Below are positions 29,971-41,316 of a stretch of 64,000 nucleotides of DNA, in pieces; position 1 is the first letter of the stretch; the number at the start of each line of letters is the position of its first letter. A program made the translations under genes and the position numbers. Source of the stretch: Deltaproteobacteria bacterium (lineage in GTDB: Bacteria > SAR324 > NAC60-12); assembly GCA_038133845.1 (NCBI GenBank), contig JAYPUA010000003.1, positions 58,444-122,443 of the forward strand, written 5' to 3'. The notes under the pieces are model-generated. The model did no database searches. It saw nothing but the letters and a program-made list of their open reading frames with translations, and was not told the DNA's origin.

Positions 29971-30818
29971 TTCAGGAAGCGAAACAGATCACGTTCGGAG
30001 CTGAACAGGAGGGTGGTGTCTTGGCTGATGGCCTCTCGGTAGACGTCATGGGAGCGGAGAAACGCGAAGAACTCTGGATCCTTGCTGTAGGCATCCGCGT
30101 AGATCTTGGTGGCGTCAGCGTCAGCGCTTCCGCGAAGAATCTCGGCTTCGCGCTTGGCCTCGGAGATGATCTTGATGCGGTCCCGGTCGGCTTCGGAGCG
30201 GATCTCCAGGGCACGCTCTTCTCCTTCGGAACGGTAGCGCTTGGCCTCACGCTTTCGCTCGGCCTCCATCCGTCCAAAGACGGCGATGCTGTTGGACTCC
30301 GGGAGGTCGGCTCGCTTGACGCGCACGTCCGCCACTTCAATCCCGAAGGCCTTGGCGTTGTCCCGCGATTTGGCGGTGATCTGCTCTCGGATGTCCCTTC
30401 GGTTTCCGGAGACAATCTCGGTCAAGGTGTGCTGTCCGAGCACCTCACGGGTCTGGGAGTAGATGATGTCATCGAGGCGGGCCTGCGCGTTGCTGACCGT
30501 CTTCACCGTCTCGTAGAAGCGCAACGGATCGGAGATTTTCCACTTGGCATAGGTGTCGACGACCATCTCCTTCTTGTCCTTGGTGAACACCGACCCCGGA
30601 TCGGCGTCGTAGCTCAGGAGGCGGTTGTCGAGGTAGTTGACCTGGGAGACAAAGGGGAGCTTGAACTTGAGGCCCGGCTCAAGGTGCACCTCGTGGGGGT
30701 CTCCAAGCTGGATCTCAATGGCGTGCTGAGTCCGGTCCACCACGTAGGCACTCAGATACACAATCACCCCAACCAACGCCAATAGAGCGGCACCGCTGTT
30801 GCTAAGGAGGTTCTTCAT
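29967..30818 (-). CDS. hflC: HflC-like SPFH/band-7 membrane protein (protease modulator)
   Basis: N-terminal TM, then an SPFH domain and a coiled-coil. Stop overlaps the folC start. No hflK is adjacent. Confidence 0.75.
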   Translation of the reverse strand: MKNLLSNSGAALLALVGVIVYLSAYVVDRTQHAIEIQLGDPHEVHLEPGLKFKLPFVSQVNYLDNRLLSYDADPGSVFTKDKKEMVVDTYAKWKISDPLRFYETVKTVSNAQARLDDIIYSQTREVLGQHTLTEIVSGNRRDIREQITAKSRDNAKAFGIEVADVRVKRADLPESNSIAVFGRMEAERKREAKRYRSEGEERALEIRSEADRDRIKIISEAKREAEILRGSADADATKIYADAYSKDPEFFAFLRSHDVYREAISQDTTLLFSSERDLFRFLK

Positions 30819-30923
30819 GGCATGGATATCGTAAGGGTTGAAAAAACAGGATTTTGGATGCGAATCAATGCTAAAAAAGTTTGATCATGTCCCCTCTGAT
30901 GTCAAGATGATTCCCGGTGTCCC

Positions 30924-31172
30924 ATGTTCCGATCACGCTCTCCTCGCCAACAGGACCAGATCCTCGCCCTTGCTCTCAAGCAGATTGAAAAGATGCTCAA
31001 GGAAATGCAGGGTGACGGGAAAGATCTAACGCGCCTCAAGCTGAAGAAGTTCCAGAAGACGCACCACATGGACTGTCGTTGTGGACAGTGTGCCGAGGCC
31101 AAGAAGAAGAACGACCCTCGCCTCCGGGGGCTGCTGGAGGACGGGTTCAAGGTCTACGTTGAAGGCGACTGA
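30924..31172 (+). CDS. Small basic hypothetical protein with a C-x-C-x-x-C motif (HHMDCRCGQCAEAKKK)
   Basis: 82-aa ORF ending 6 nt before prmA. Low-complexity and basic; weakly supported. Confidence 0.3.
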   Translation: MFRSRSPRQQDQILALALKQIEKMLKEMQGDGKDLTRLKLKKFQKTHHMDCRCGQCAEAKKKNDPRLRGLLEDGFKVYVEGD

Positions 31173-31177
31173 ACTCC

Positions 31178-32050
31178 ATGTCCGCGTCCTACACCGAGAT
31201 GGAGTTCCGGGTGCCACCGGAGCTGACCGAACTCTGGAGTTGGCACTGCTTTGAGTCCGGAGCCTCTGGCATCGAGACGGTGTCGGAAAGTGAGTCTTCG
31301 GTTCAGATGCGCGTCTTCTTTCCCGGAAGATTCGAGTTGAATGTGGAGCAGCTGCTAGAAGGGTTTCACCGCGAATTTGCGAACTCTGGCCCCTTCATTC
31401 AGCAGGTAGGGCAAGCCCTGAAGCCTGTCCAAGACTGGCAGGCCGAGTGGAGGCAATACTTTCCTCCGGTCAACATCGGACGCTCTCTGCGTGTGGTTCC
31501 TCCGTGGCATCAGGAGCGCTCTTCGGAACGCCAATTTTTGGTCATTGACCCCGGACAGGGGTTTGGGACCGGTCATCACGAATCAACCGCGCTGGTGCTG
31601 ACGATGCTGGAGGAGCACCTGCGGACGCTCCCTGTTCCGCCGGAGCTGATGATTGACGTCGGGATCGGATCCGGAATCCTCTCAATCGCCGGGTGCCTCT
31701 TGGGAGTGCGTCGGGCGCTCGGGGTCGACCTGGCAGCAGAGGCCGTTGCAGAGGTGTCACGCAACGCCTCGCTGAACGGTGTCTCGGAGCGTATTGTGGC
31801 GTGGGTGGGCGCTCCGGAGCAGCTTGCACAGCCGGCCCCGCTGGTGGTCTCCAACATGCTCTGGCATGAGCTTCGCTCCGTCCGCGAGGACTTGGTTCGC
31901 CTGACCCTGCCCGGAGGATTTTTTATCTGCAGCGGGCTGCTTCACGAACAAGCGGTGGCCTTTGCCCGAGAGCTCGCTGATGCAGGAATGACCTTGCTTC
32001 ATCAGGAGTCCCGGAACGAGTGGAGCGGGTTGCTCCTGAGGAAGAGCTGA
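31178..32050 (+). CDS. prmA: Ribosomal protein L11 methyltransferase
   Basis: VIDPGQGFGTGHHESTALVL and DVGIGSGILSI. Confidence 0.85.
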   Translation: MSASYTEMEFRVPPELTELWSWHCFESGASGIETVSESESSVQMRVFFPGRFELNVEQLLEGFHREFANSGPFIQQVGQALKPVQDWQAEWRQYFPPVNIGRSLRVVPPWHQERSSERQFLVIDPGQGFGTGHHESTALVLTMLEEHLRTLPVPPELMIDVGIGSGILSIAGCLLGVRRALGVDLAAEAVAEVSRNASLNGVSERIVAWVGAPEQLAQPAPLVVSNMLWHELRSVREDLVRLTLPGGFFICSGLLHEQAVAFARELADAGMTLLHQESRNEWSGLLLRKS

Positions 32051-32113
32051 TCCGTCCCTTGGGCCTCCAAAACTCCAGCAAGCCTCCTTATCTGATTGTG
32101 ATGAGATCCCAAA

Positions 32114-33058
32114 ATGTCTGAGAATCCCTCCTCGCCTTCCCCGGAAGAGGCCTCCACCTCGACACAGCCTCCACGCCCTTCGGCCTTGCTCATCTGGATC
32201 GCTGCGCTGCGTCCCAAGACGTTGGGAGCCGCGATCGCGCCGGTCATGATCGGAAGTGCCATGGCGTTCTCGGAGGGGCTCGGACACCTGCCGACCGCGC
32301 TAGCCGCGCTGATCGCTGCTCTTCTCATTCAGATCGGGACCAACTTTGCCAACGACTACTTCGACTTTGTCAAAGGCACCGACACCGAAGAACGTCTGGG
32401 ACCACGGCGTGCCACAGCATCTGGATGGGTGGCCCCGGAGACGATGAAGCAGGCGTATCAGTGGACCTTCGGGGCCGCGATGCTGGTGGGCGTTTATCTG
32501 GTCTATCAAGGTGGGTTTCCGATCCTGCTCATCGGGCTGCTCTCGATTGCTGCCGGGATTGCCTACACGGGCGGTCCGTTTCCACTGGCCTACAACGGAC
32601 TGGGCGACGTGTTCGTGCTGATCTTCTTCGGCCCTGTGGCCGTTGGAGGAAGCTACTACGTCCAGACTCAGGAGATGAGCGTCTCTCTCCTGCTGGCCGG
32701 ATTGGGACCCGGTCTGATCGCGACCGCGCTCCTGGCGGTTAACAACCTCCGGGACGCCGATACCGATGCCCAGACCAACAAGCGCACCCTCGCAGTTCTT
32801 TTTGGAAAGGACTTTGCCCGGTTTGAATACGTCCTCTGCATCAGCTTTGCGTTCATGATGCCGTTGCTGCTGGTGATGGAGTCGGGCCGATACTGGTTGT
32901 CGCTGCTGGCTTTGCTGGCCTTGCTTCCGGCAAGGGCTCCTCTGAGTCAGATCATCCTCCGCCGCGAAGGCGTCGCCCTCAACGAGACTCTCGCATTGAC
33001 CGGGAAGTTGCTGCTGATCTACAGCCTGCTCTTTTCCGTGGGCCTGCTTTTGAGTTGA
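32114..33058 (+). CDS. menA: 1,4-dihydroxy-2-naphthoate octaprenyltransferase
   Basis: UbiA fold with NDYFDFVKGTD and eight or more TM helices. Confidence 0.9.
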   Translation: MSENPSSPSPEEASTSTQPPRPSALLIWIAALRPKTLGAAIAPVMIGSAMAFSEGLGHLPTALAALIAALLIQIGTNFANDYFDFVKGTDTEERLGPRRATASGWVAPETMKQAYQWTFGAAMLVGVYLVYQGGFPILLIGLLSIAAGIAYTGGPFPLAYNGLGDVFVLIFFGPVAVGGSYYVQTQEMSVSLLLAGLGPGLIATALLAVNNLRDADTDAQTNKRTLAVLFGKDFARFEYVLCISFAFMMPLLLVMESGRYWLSLLALLALLPARAPLSQIILRREGVALNETLALTGKLLLIYSLLFSVGLLLS

Positions 33059-33061
33059 ACC

Positions 33062-34153
33062 GTGCTCGCCTCGAACCCGGACCTCTCCGTTGCTCGCTGG
33101 GAGGTCTTCCGCTATCGTCTGCCGCTTCGTGCTCCGCTCACCATGCTGGGGATCACCTTTCACGAACGGAGCGGGCTCTTCCTGAAGCTGGAGGATGCAG
33201 GCGGACACTGCGGATGGGGAGAGATCGCTCCATTGCCCGGGATTCACCGAGAATCCGAATCCGACTGCCTGGCCGCGCTTCAGCAGCTTGCCCCTGACTT
33301 TTCAAGGCGCTCTCCCCTCTCATCCGTACGCTTTGGTGTTGCCCAGGCCCAACAGATGCTTTCGGGCATGGCGGAGGGAGCCTCGCCCAGATCCTGCGTT
33401 CCTCAGGCGCTGGAGTCCGTGCAGGTCAACGGGCTGATCCCGGACACGCCAAGCCCGCTCTCCGAGGCACTTGAGACACTCGCCCAGCACACACAGCGTT
33501 TGCGGAAAGACGGCTTCTCCACGGTCAAGATCAAAGTCGGACGACGTCCTGTTCTGGAAGATGCGGAGCGTGTGCGACAGGCCCATCGGGCTCTGGGAGC
33601 GAGAGTGGCTCTGCGGGCAGACGCCAACCGGGCCTGGACGTGGGACGAGGCCCTGGAGTTTGCCCGGGGCATCCAGGACCTCCCCTTGGCCTACTGCGAG
33701 GAGCCACTGCAGGATCCTGGTCGGCTTGAGGCCCTGCACAGCCGCTCCGGGTTGCCTCTGGCGCTGGACGAGTCGCTCTGGCCCACACACTCCAGGGACG
33801 CCCCTGTCCCTCTCCCCAACGGGGTGAAGGCCCTGATCCTCAAGCCCGGGGCTCTGGGGGATGGAGAGGACCTTCAGTTCTGGATCCAGCAGGCCCAAGA
33901 GCATGACGCCGAGGTCGTCTTCAGCAGCACCTTTGAGTCCGGGTTGGGGATGCACGGGTTGATTCTCTTGGCAGCCGCTCTGAGCCCACACCCCGCATGG
34001 GCACACGGCTTCGACACTCACCGCTTTCTGGCACAGGACTGCGTGTCTCCAGCCTTCTCCTTGAATGCGAACAAAGCCACTGTTTCCGAGACCTGGCCAG
34101 CGGTTCAGGAAGGACATCCTGCGGTCCAGCGCGTATGCGGCTCCCCACCCTGA
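33062..34153 (+). CDS. menC: o-Succinylbenzoate synthase (enolase superfamily)
   Basis: Enolase-superfamily barrel with a KIKVG motif. Synteny with menA. Confidence 0.8.
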   Translation: MLASNPDLSVARWEVFRYRLPLRAPLTMLGITFHERSGLFLKLEDAGGHCGWGEIAPLPGIHRESESDCLAALQQLAPDFSRRSPLSSVRFGVAQAQQMLSGMAEGASPRSCVPQALESVQVNGLIPDTPSPLSEALETLAQHTQRLRKDGFSTVKIKVGRRPVLEDAERVRQAHRALGARVALRADANRAWTWDEALEFARGIQDLPLAYCEEPLQDPGRLEALHSRSGLPLALDESLWPTHSRDAPVPLPNGVKALILKPGALGDGEDLQFWIQQAQEHDAEVVFSSTFESGLGMHGLILLAAALSPHPAWAHGFDTHRFLAQDCVSPAFSLNANKATVSETWPAVQEGHPAVQRVCGSPP

Positions 34154-34343
34154 AACGCCTCGGTCGTTCGGTTTGCATCCCTCACCGGAACGTGCTGGAA
34201 TACGGATCTTCCGGCGGGAAAGTCCGTGCTTGCCGCAGCCTCGCTTCCGCCGCAGGGATGACGGTGCACGGACCAGCGTAGCATTGGCCCGTCCGGAGCC
34301 GCTTCCCGCAAAGTCCACAACCCCAGGTTTCCAAGAAACTCCC

Positions 34344-35720
34344 GTGAAGATCATCGACTCGGTTGCCGCTGTTTTCTGTCATGAGCACCACCTGTTTGCC
34401 GTCCGGCGTCAGGCACACCTGGACGCCTTCCCGGGATACGACTCCTTTCCCGGAGGCAAGGTGGACCGCACCGATCCGGAGGAGCCAAGAACCGAGCCGA
34501 TGCTTCAGGGGCTCGACGGGAAACAGGCGCACGCGCTGATCCGGGAGATGCAGGAGGAGTTGCAGTTCGACCTCCCCACAGAGATCGCTTCCGGGAGAGT
34601 CACCCATGTGGTTCCGATGGCCAAAGCGCTGGCCCCTGCCTTGGTTCCGGTCCGTTTCCGGCTGCACTTCTTCCGCATCAACCTTCAGGAGCGTCCGCCG
34701 TTTGTTCCTGATTCCGGAGAGTTTGCGGAGACCTTCTGGAAAACACCGCAGGAGCTGCTGAACCAGTTCCGCTCCGGGAACTCCATGATGGTGCCTCCCA
34801 TGCGCTGGGTGCTGGAGGCGCTGGAACGGACTCCGGATGCGGAAGATCTGGGGGACCTCTCACCACAGTACGATGAGGAGTTGCATGTCCCCAAGCTGGA
34901 GACGATCAGCGAGGTCCGCATGCTGGCCGTTCCCTCCAACACTGTCCCGCCGGCCACACGTACCAACGCCTTCCTGCTGGGAGACGAAGACGCTCCCCGG
35001 GTGCTCCTGGACCCTTCTCCAGCGTCTTCGGAGGTTCTGGAGAAGCTGCTCCGCACCTTGGAGAATGAACGGGTCGACCGAATCTTTCTCACCCACCACC
35101 ACCCGGACCATCACGAGTTTGCGCCGGAGCTGGCCCTTCGGCTTCAGGTCCCAATCTCTCTGAGCGCGCAGACGCACCGATTCATTCTGGAAAAGCACGG
35201 CCCCGACTACTTCTCTCCGGAGGTTCCGGGGAGCCCCCCCCAGCCCTGCATTCCGCTGGAGTTTGTGGAGGAAGGCGATATCCTCACTCGCTGGAAGGGA
35301 GAGCCCGTCCGGGTGCATGCGGTTCCGGGGCATGACGCCGGGCAGCTGGCGCTGGCGCCGGATTCGCTGCGCTGGTTCATCGTCGGAGACCTGATTCAGG
35401 GCATCGGGACGGTGGTGATCGGAGAGCCCGAGGGAGACATGGCGACCTACTTCCAGACGCTGGAGAAGGTCATTGCGCTCGCTCCGGAGGTGATCATTCC
35501 CTCGCACGGCATGCCAATGCGGAGCACCTTCCGCCTGCAGGCCACGCTGCAGCACCGTCGGGAGCGTGAGGAGGCGATCTGCGAGCTCACCCGCTCCGGG
35601 AAGTCTGAGGAGGAGGTGCTGCATGTGCTGTATCAAGGCGTCGACTCCCGGCTCTTCCCCTTTGCCCTGAAAAACATCCGCTCTCACCTGAAGAAGTTGC
35701 GTGCCGAAGGCCGCCTCTGA
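34344..35720 (+). CDS. Fusion of a NUDIX hydrolase to a metallo-beta-lactamase-fold domain. A GTG start at 34344 was chosen; the ORF is open from 34065 and would overlap menC.
   Basis: N-terminus GGKVDRTDPEE...REMQEELQF (Nudix box). C-terminus THHHPDHH...HAVPGHDAG...PSHG, the MBL metal ligands. Confidence 0.65.
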   Translation: MKIIDSVAAVFCHEHHLFAVRRQAHLDAFPGYDSFPGGKVDRTDPEEPRTEPMLQGLDGKQAHALIREMQEELQFDLPTEIASGRVTHVVPMAKALAPALVPVRFRLHFFRINLQERPPFVPDSGEFAETFWKTPQELLNQFRSGNSMMVPPMRWVLEALERTPDAEDLGDLSPQYDEELHVPKLETISEVRMLAVPSNTVPPATRTNAFLLGDEDAPRVLLDPSPASSEVLEKLLRTLENERVDRIFLTHHHPDHHEFAPELALRLQVPISLSAQTHRFILEKHGPDYFSPEVPGSPPQPCIPLEFVEEGDILTRWKGEPVRVHAVPGHDAGQLALAPDSLRWFIVGDLIQGIGTVVIGEPEGDMATYFQTLEKVIALAPEVIIPSHGMPMRSTFRLQATLQHRREREEAICELTRSGKSEEEVLHVLYQGVDSRLFPFALKNIRSHLKKLRAEGRL

Positions 35721-35765
35721 ATCCGGAGTTCCGGAGCACAAACACAGACACTCCCGAGGAGATTC

Positions 35766-38012
35766 ATGAAGCTCAACAAGAAAGCGGTGCTGGCCCTGAT
35801 CGAACAGAACGGCAGCCTGCTCAGCGCCAAACAGCTGCGGGGTCTGCTTGGATTGAGCAAGGGGCACACGTCGAAGCTCAAGGCCTGGCTCCACAAGCAG
35901 GTCAAGCGAGGCTCGCTAGTGCAGCAGGGGAACCGCTTTGGCAGCGCCCGGATGCTGCTGAAGAGCGAGTTGGCTCCCTCACGCAAACCTCGCAACGAAG
36001 AGGAGCCACGGGGAAAGCCCCTCCGAGGGTTCGCACGCACCGGGATACCGACTCCCGGGAAGGGGCGCCTGAGCGGGACCTTTGTCCGCAACCCCCGAGG
36101 GTTTGGGTTCATCTCCACCGGAGACGGGCATGACGATGTGTTTGTCGGAGAAGGCGAACAGCTCAACGCAATGGATGGTGACCGGGTGGAGTTCGAACTC
36201 CTCCGGGCTCGGGGCGCACGCGGCAAGCGCAAGGGGCGGATCGTCCGAGTTTTGGAGCGCAGCAACTCCCGGATGCTGGCCACCTTGCATCGACGCAAGA
36301 GCACCGTGACAGCGTCGCCAATCAATGAGAACCTGAGCTTCGGGACGCTGCTGATTCGCCCGGAGCATGATGCACCGGAAGCCAAGCACGGCAGCCTGGT
36401 GGAAGTGGAGCTGATTCCGGAATCCGACGGCTTCCGTGGAGGGCAAATCGGCCGACCGCTGGCCCGCATCGTGCGGACACTTGAAGGCATCTCGCCCAAC
36501 GAGCTGGCCTTTCAGCGCATCCTGCAGGAGAACCAGATCCGCAGCATCTACCCGGAAGAGGCCCTCCGGCATGCCGACGCATTCCCCACACGCATCCTCC
36601 ATGACGCCCGGTCCGGACGGGTGGATCAGCGGCAGCTTGGCTACGTGACCATCGATGGCAAGACGGCTCGTGACTTCGACGACGCCGTTCACGCGGAGCA
36701 CCATCCGGACGGGACCTGGACGCTCTATGTGGCGATTGCCGATGTGGCCCACTACGTTCAGCCCGGAGACCCGGTGGACCAGGAAGCCCACGCCCGGGCC
36801 ACCAGCGTCTACTTCCCCACACATGCGATTCCGATGCTTCCGGAGGCGCTCTCGAACAACCTCTGCAGCCTGCGTCCGGAGGTCAACCGGCTGGCGCTCA
36901 CCTGCGAGATGCACCTCAACGCCGAGGGGCAACGCACCGGATACCGCATCTACGAGAGCGTGATTCGCAGTGCCGGGCGGCTAACGTATGAGGATGTGGA
37001 GGAGGTGCTTCAAGGGCGACCTTCGACCATCCGGAGTCCACAGATTCAGGAACGCCTGCGCCAGATGAATGGGTTGGCCCGGATCCTTGCAAAACGCCGC
37101 GAAGACCGGGGAGCCCTGCAGTTCACCTTTGCCGAAGAGACGGTCGAGCTTGATGCCGAGAACCGGATGACCGGCATGGGGTTGCGGATGCAGAACGACG
37201 CGATGAAGCTCATCGAACAGTTCATGCTGGAGGCCAACGAGACCGTGGCGCAACACTGTGTGGAGCACAAGCTCCCTGCGCTTTACCGGGTTCACGAGCA
37301 GCCGGACTTTGCCAAGCTCTCTCGCCTGCAGCGCACCTTCTGGCGCTTTGGCATCGAGGTGCCGATGTCCCGATTGCGCGAGCCACAAGGCTTCAACGAA
37401 CTGTTCACCCAGCTCCGCGAATTGCCCAACCAGGAGCAGCTTCAGGTGCTCTTGTTGCGCTGCATGGCGTTGGCGATCTACCAGCCTTCCAACCTCGGAC
37501 ACTTCGGGCTCGCGGCCGAGTATTACTGCCACTTCACCTCGCCGATTCGGCGCTACCCCGACCTGACCGTGCACCGAGCGCTCAAACAGTGGATCGCCTC
37601 CACGCGCGATGGGTCCTCCGGGAAGCGCTCGCCGCGGTGGCATGTGGATGAGGGACTGGGCGAGCACTGCTCGATTCAGGAACGCCGCGCCGAGAAGGCA
37701 GAGCAGCAGTCCGTCGACATGATGAAGGTCGCCTTTCTGGAACCACATGCAGGAGAAGGGTTCAGGGCAACGGTCAAGATGGTGGACAAGGGCGGGATGC
37801 GCATCCTGCTGGAACCGCACCGGATCGACTGGTTCATCCCCGTCGACGAGCTGCGGGACGACTGGTACGCATTCAACGAGGAGGCCCTGGTGCTTCAGGG
37901 CAAGCGGCGCAAGCGGATCATTGAGGCCGGGAAGCAGCTGGAGGTGCGGCTGCTGAGGACCAATGTGCTTGAGCGCACCATGGAGTTTGAAATCGTCCGC
38001 TGGCACTCCTGA
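35766..38012 (+). CDS. rnr: Ribonuclease R
   Basis: N-terminal HTH and cold-shock domains, RNB catalytic domain (DFDDAVH), and C-terminal S1. Confidence 0.9.
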   Translation: MKLNKKAVLALIEQNGSLLSAKQLRGLLGLSKGHTSKLKAWLHKQVKRGSLVQQGNRFGSARMLLKSELAPSRKPRNEEEPRGKPLRGFARTGIPTPGKGRLSGTFVRNPRGFGFISTGDGHDDVFVGEGEQLNAMDGDRVEFELLRARGARGKRKGRIVRVLERSNSRMLATLHRRKSTVTASPINENLSFGTLLIRPEHDAPEAKHGSLVEVELIPESDGFRGGQIGRPLARIVRTLEGISPNELAFQRILQENQIRSIYPEEALRHADAFPTRILHDARSGRVDQRQLGYVTIDGKTARDFDDAVHAEHHPDGTWTLYVAIADVAHYVQPGDPVDQEAHARATSVYFPTHAIPMLPEALSNNLCSLRPEVNRLALTCEMHLNAEGQRTGYRIYESVIRSAGRLTYEDVEEVLQGRPSTIRSPQIQERLRQMNGLARILAKRREDRGALQFTFAEETVELDAENRMTGMGLRMQNDAMKLIEQFMLEANETVAQHCVEHKLPALYRVHEQPDFAKLSRLQRTFWRFGIEVPMSRLREPQGFNELFTQLRELPNQEQLQVLLLRCMALAIYQPSNLGHFGLAAEYYCHFTSPIRRYPDLTVHRALKQWIASTRDGSSGKRSPRWHVDEGLGEHCSIQERRAEKAEQQSVDMMKVAFLEPHAGEGFRATVKMVDKGGMRILLEPHRIDWFIPVDELRDDWYAFNEEALVLQGKRRKRIIEAGKQLEVRLLRTNVLERTMEFEIVRWHS

Positions 38013-38026
38013 TTGCGGCAACAGCC

Positions 38027-38962
38027 ATGAAGCGTGTTCACGTCATCGACTCCCACACCGGCGGAGAGCCCACCCGGGTCGTGGTCTCCGGAGGCCCGGA
38101 CCTGGGACGCGGCTCCCTCGCCGAACGCCTCGCACGCTTTCGCCATGAGCACGACCACTGGCGCTCGGCACTGGTCAATGAACCCCGCGGTTCGGACGTC
38201 CTCGTCGGAGCGCTCCTGCTCCCTCCGGAAGATCCGGAGTGTGTCACCGGAGTGATCTTCTTCAACAACGTCGGCTACCTCGGGATGTGCGGTCACGGAA
38301 CGATTGGGCTGATGACCACGCTGGCTCACCTGGGACGCATTGAGCCGGGAACGCACCGGCTGGAGACTCCGGTGGGAGTCGTTGAAGCGACGCTGCATCC
38401 GGAGGGCTCGGTGTCGCTGGAGAACGTCCCCAGCTTCCGCAAGCAGGCTCAACTCACGCTTGAGGTTCCCGGGGTCGGAGCAATCTCTGGAGATGTGGCC
38501 TGGGGCGGGAACTGGTTCTTCCTCACAGAAGAGCACGGGCAGGACCTGCGGCTGGAGAACGTGGAGGCGCTGACGGAGGCGGCGTGGCGTGTGCGGCAGG
38601 CCGTGAATTCCCAAGGATTCCCGGAGGTGGATCACATCGAATTTTTCGGTCCGCCGAGGCATCCGAAGGCCCAGTCTCGGAGCTTTGTGCTCTGTCCCGG
38701 GAAGGCTTATGACCGCTCTCCCTGCGGCACCGGGACCAGCGCGAAGCTCGCCTGCCTCGCGGCAGACGGCAAGCTCCCGGAAGGCCAGGTCTGGATTCAG
38801 GAGAGTCTGGTCGGCAGCACCTTTCAGGCCAGCTATCGCTGGGGCCCGGATCGCCTTCAGATCCTGCCCAGAATCACCGGCCGCGCGTACCTGACCACCG
38901 ATGCGACGTTGCTGCTGGAAGACGCCGATCCGTTTCTGTGGGGAATTCGTTCGGAGGGATAG
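38027..38962 (+). CDS. Proline racemase / 4-hydroxyproline epimerase family enzyme (both catalytic Cys present)
   Basis: MCGHGTIG and [10 protein letters not shown]. Confidence 0.85.
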   Translation: MKRVHVIDSHTGGEPTRVVVSGGPDLGRGSLAERLARFRHEHDHWRSALVNEPRGSDVLVGALLLPPEDPECVTGVIFFNNVGYLGMCGHGTIGLMTTLAHLGRIEPGTHRLETPVGVVEATLHPEGSVSLENVPSFRKQAQLTLEVPGVGAISGDVAWGGNWFFLTEEHGQDLRLENVEALTEAAWRVRQAVNSQGFPEVDHIEFFGPPRHPKAQSRSFVLCPGKAYDRSPCGTGTSAKLACLAADGKLPEGQVWIQESLVGSTFQASYRWGPDRLQILPRITGRAYLTTDATLLLEDADPFLWGIRSEG

Positions 38963-39039
38963 GCTCCGGTGGGGAGCCTGAAGCTTGAACCGGAGGAGGC
39001 GAGGCCCCTCCGGGATCGAATGGGCGAGCCAGGCTCGCC
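38962..39039. terminator. Convergent terminator region: hairpins GGCTCC-ggtgg-GGAGCC (38962..38978) and GGGCGAGC-cag-GCTCGCCC (39021..39039)
   Basis: Located between the convergent ends of the proline-racemase-like gene (+) and livK (-). GC-rich stems without strong U-tracts. Confidence 0.3.
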
Positions 39040-39061
39040 CGAAGCTTTCGCGTGAAGCGAA

Positions 39062-40159
<1,098 letters not shown>

Positions 40160-40261
40160 TGATCATCTCCTCATTGAGTTTTGGCCCAAAGGCCCGATTG
40201 TGCTGCAGTTGCAGCAGGGGGGATGTGAACCGAGTTGGCCCGGCTCTCAGCCAAATGAACG

Positions 40262-40597
40262 TCAGGACGTTCCCTTCTCCTTCCACCCCAGCATCCCGGA
40301 GCGCTCATAGCGCCACGGATACTGCTGGACCAGCTTTTGCGCCATTGTCCCCCGGAAGGAGATCAGGGCAATGGCGATCAGGACCACCGTGTCCACCAGG
40401 TAGGCGGTCAAAGACAGCAACTCCCCCTCAAAGAGGGAGAAGACCATGAACCGCTCCGCCGCGCCAAGCAGCAGGCCATAGACGACGCACTGCCAGACAG
40501 GGCGCCAGGTCGAGGCGATCGCCTGTCCCATCAGCCATGAGGCTCCACCGGCGATCAAGACGGTGAAGATCAGAAAGACCCAGATTCCGGCATCCAT
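40262..40597 (-). CDS. Small three-TM membrane protein embedded in the liv operon
   Basis: 111 aa. Start overlaps the livF stop (TGATG). Confidence 0.5.
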   Translation of the reverse strand: MDAGIWVFLIFTVLIAGGASWLMGQAIASTWRPVWQCVVYGLLLGAAERFMVFSLFEGELLSLTAYLVDTVVLIAIALISFRGTMAQKLVQQYPWRYERSGMLGWKEKGTS

Positions 40598-41316
40598 CAG
40601 TGCCCTCCTTCAAGGTACGCGGCGCGCACTTCCGGACGTGCCAGCAGTTCTTCTCCGGTTCCGGTCATGGAGATGCTCCCGTTGACCATCACGTAGCCGC
40701 GGTGGGCCAGCTTGAGCGCATGATAGGCGTTTTGCTCGACCAGGAAGATCGTCACGTCCTCCTCGCGGCTGATGCGCTGAATCGCCTGAAAGATCTGGCG
40801 GACCAGGATCGGGGCGATCCCGAGCGAAGGCTCATCCAGCAGCAGGAGCTTGGGCCGGCTCATCAGAGCTCGCCCGATGGCCAGCATCTGCTGTTCTCCT
40901 CCGGAGAGAGTTCCTCCACGCTGGTTCCGGCGTTCCTGCAAGCGCGGGAAAAGTTCGAACACTCGGTGAACGTCTTGCTCGAAGAACTCCATCTGATTGG
41001 GTGTTGCCCCCAGTTGCAGATTCTCCAGTACGGTCATCCGAGGGAAGATCCGCCGCCCTTCCGGAGACTGGGCCACCCCTTTGCGAATGATCTCGTGGGT
41101 CAGTGTGCTGGTGATGTTCTCCCCTTCGAGCGAGATCTGTCCGGACGCGGCACGCACGCCACCACAGATGCTCATCAAGAGCGTCGACTTCCCGGCACCG
41201 TTTGCCCCGATGAGGGTCACGATCTCTCCCCTGTTGATGTGCAGGTCGACCCCGCGCAGAGCCTGGATCTTCCCGTAGAAGGTCTCCAGAGCAGAAACCC
41301 GAAGCATCTCAGCCAT
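40597..41316 (-). CDS. livF: Branched-chain amino acid ABC transporter ATP-binding protein LivF
   Basis: GANGAGKSTLL and ABC signature. The ORF is open to 41373; the likely start MAEMLRV at 41316 overlaps livG. Confidence 0.9.
   Translation of the reverse strand: MAEMLRVSALETFYGKIQALRGVDLHINRGEIVTLIGANGAGKSTLLMSICGGVRAASGQISLEGENITSTLTHEIIRKGVAQSPEGRRIFPRMTVLENLQLGATPNQMEFFEQDVHRVFELFPRLQERRNQRGGTLSGGEQQMLAIGRALMSRPKLLLLDEPSLGIAPILVRQIFQAIQRISREEDVTIFLVEQNAYHALKLAHRGYVMVNGSISMTGTGEELLARPEVRAAYLEGGH

Noticed and set aside
34065-34343. ATG at 34065 as the start of the NUDIX-MBL gene, overlapping the last 89 nt of menC
   Set aside because: The first 93 codons are Arg/Pro-rich and non-domain. 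The Nudix fold begins at VKIIDSVAAVF, and there is a GTG at 34344.
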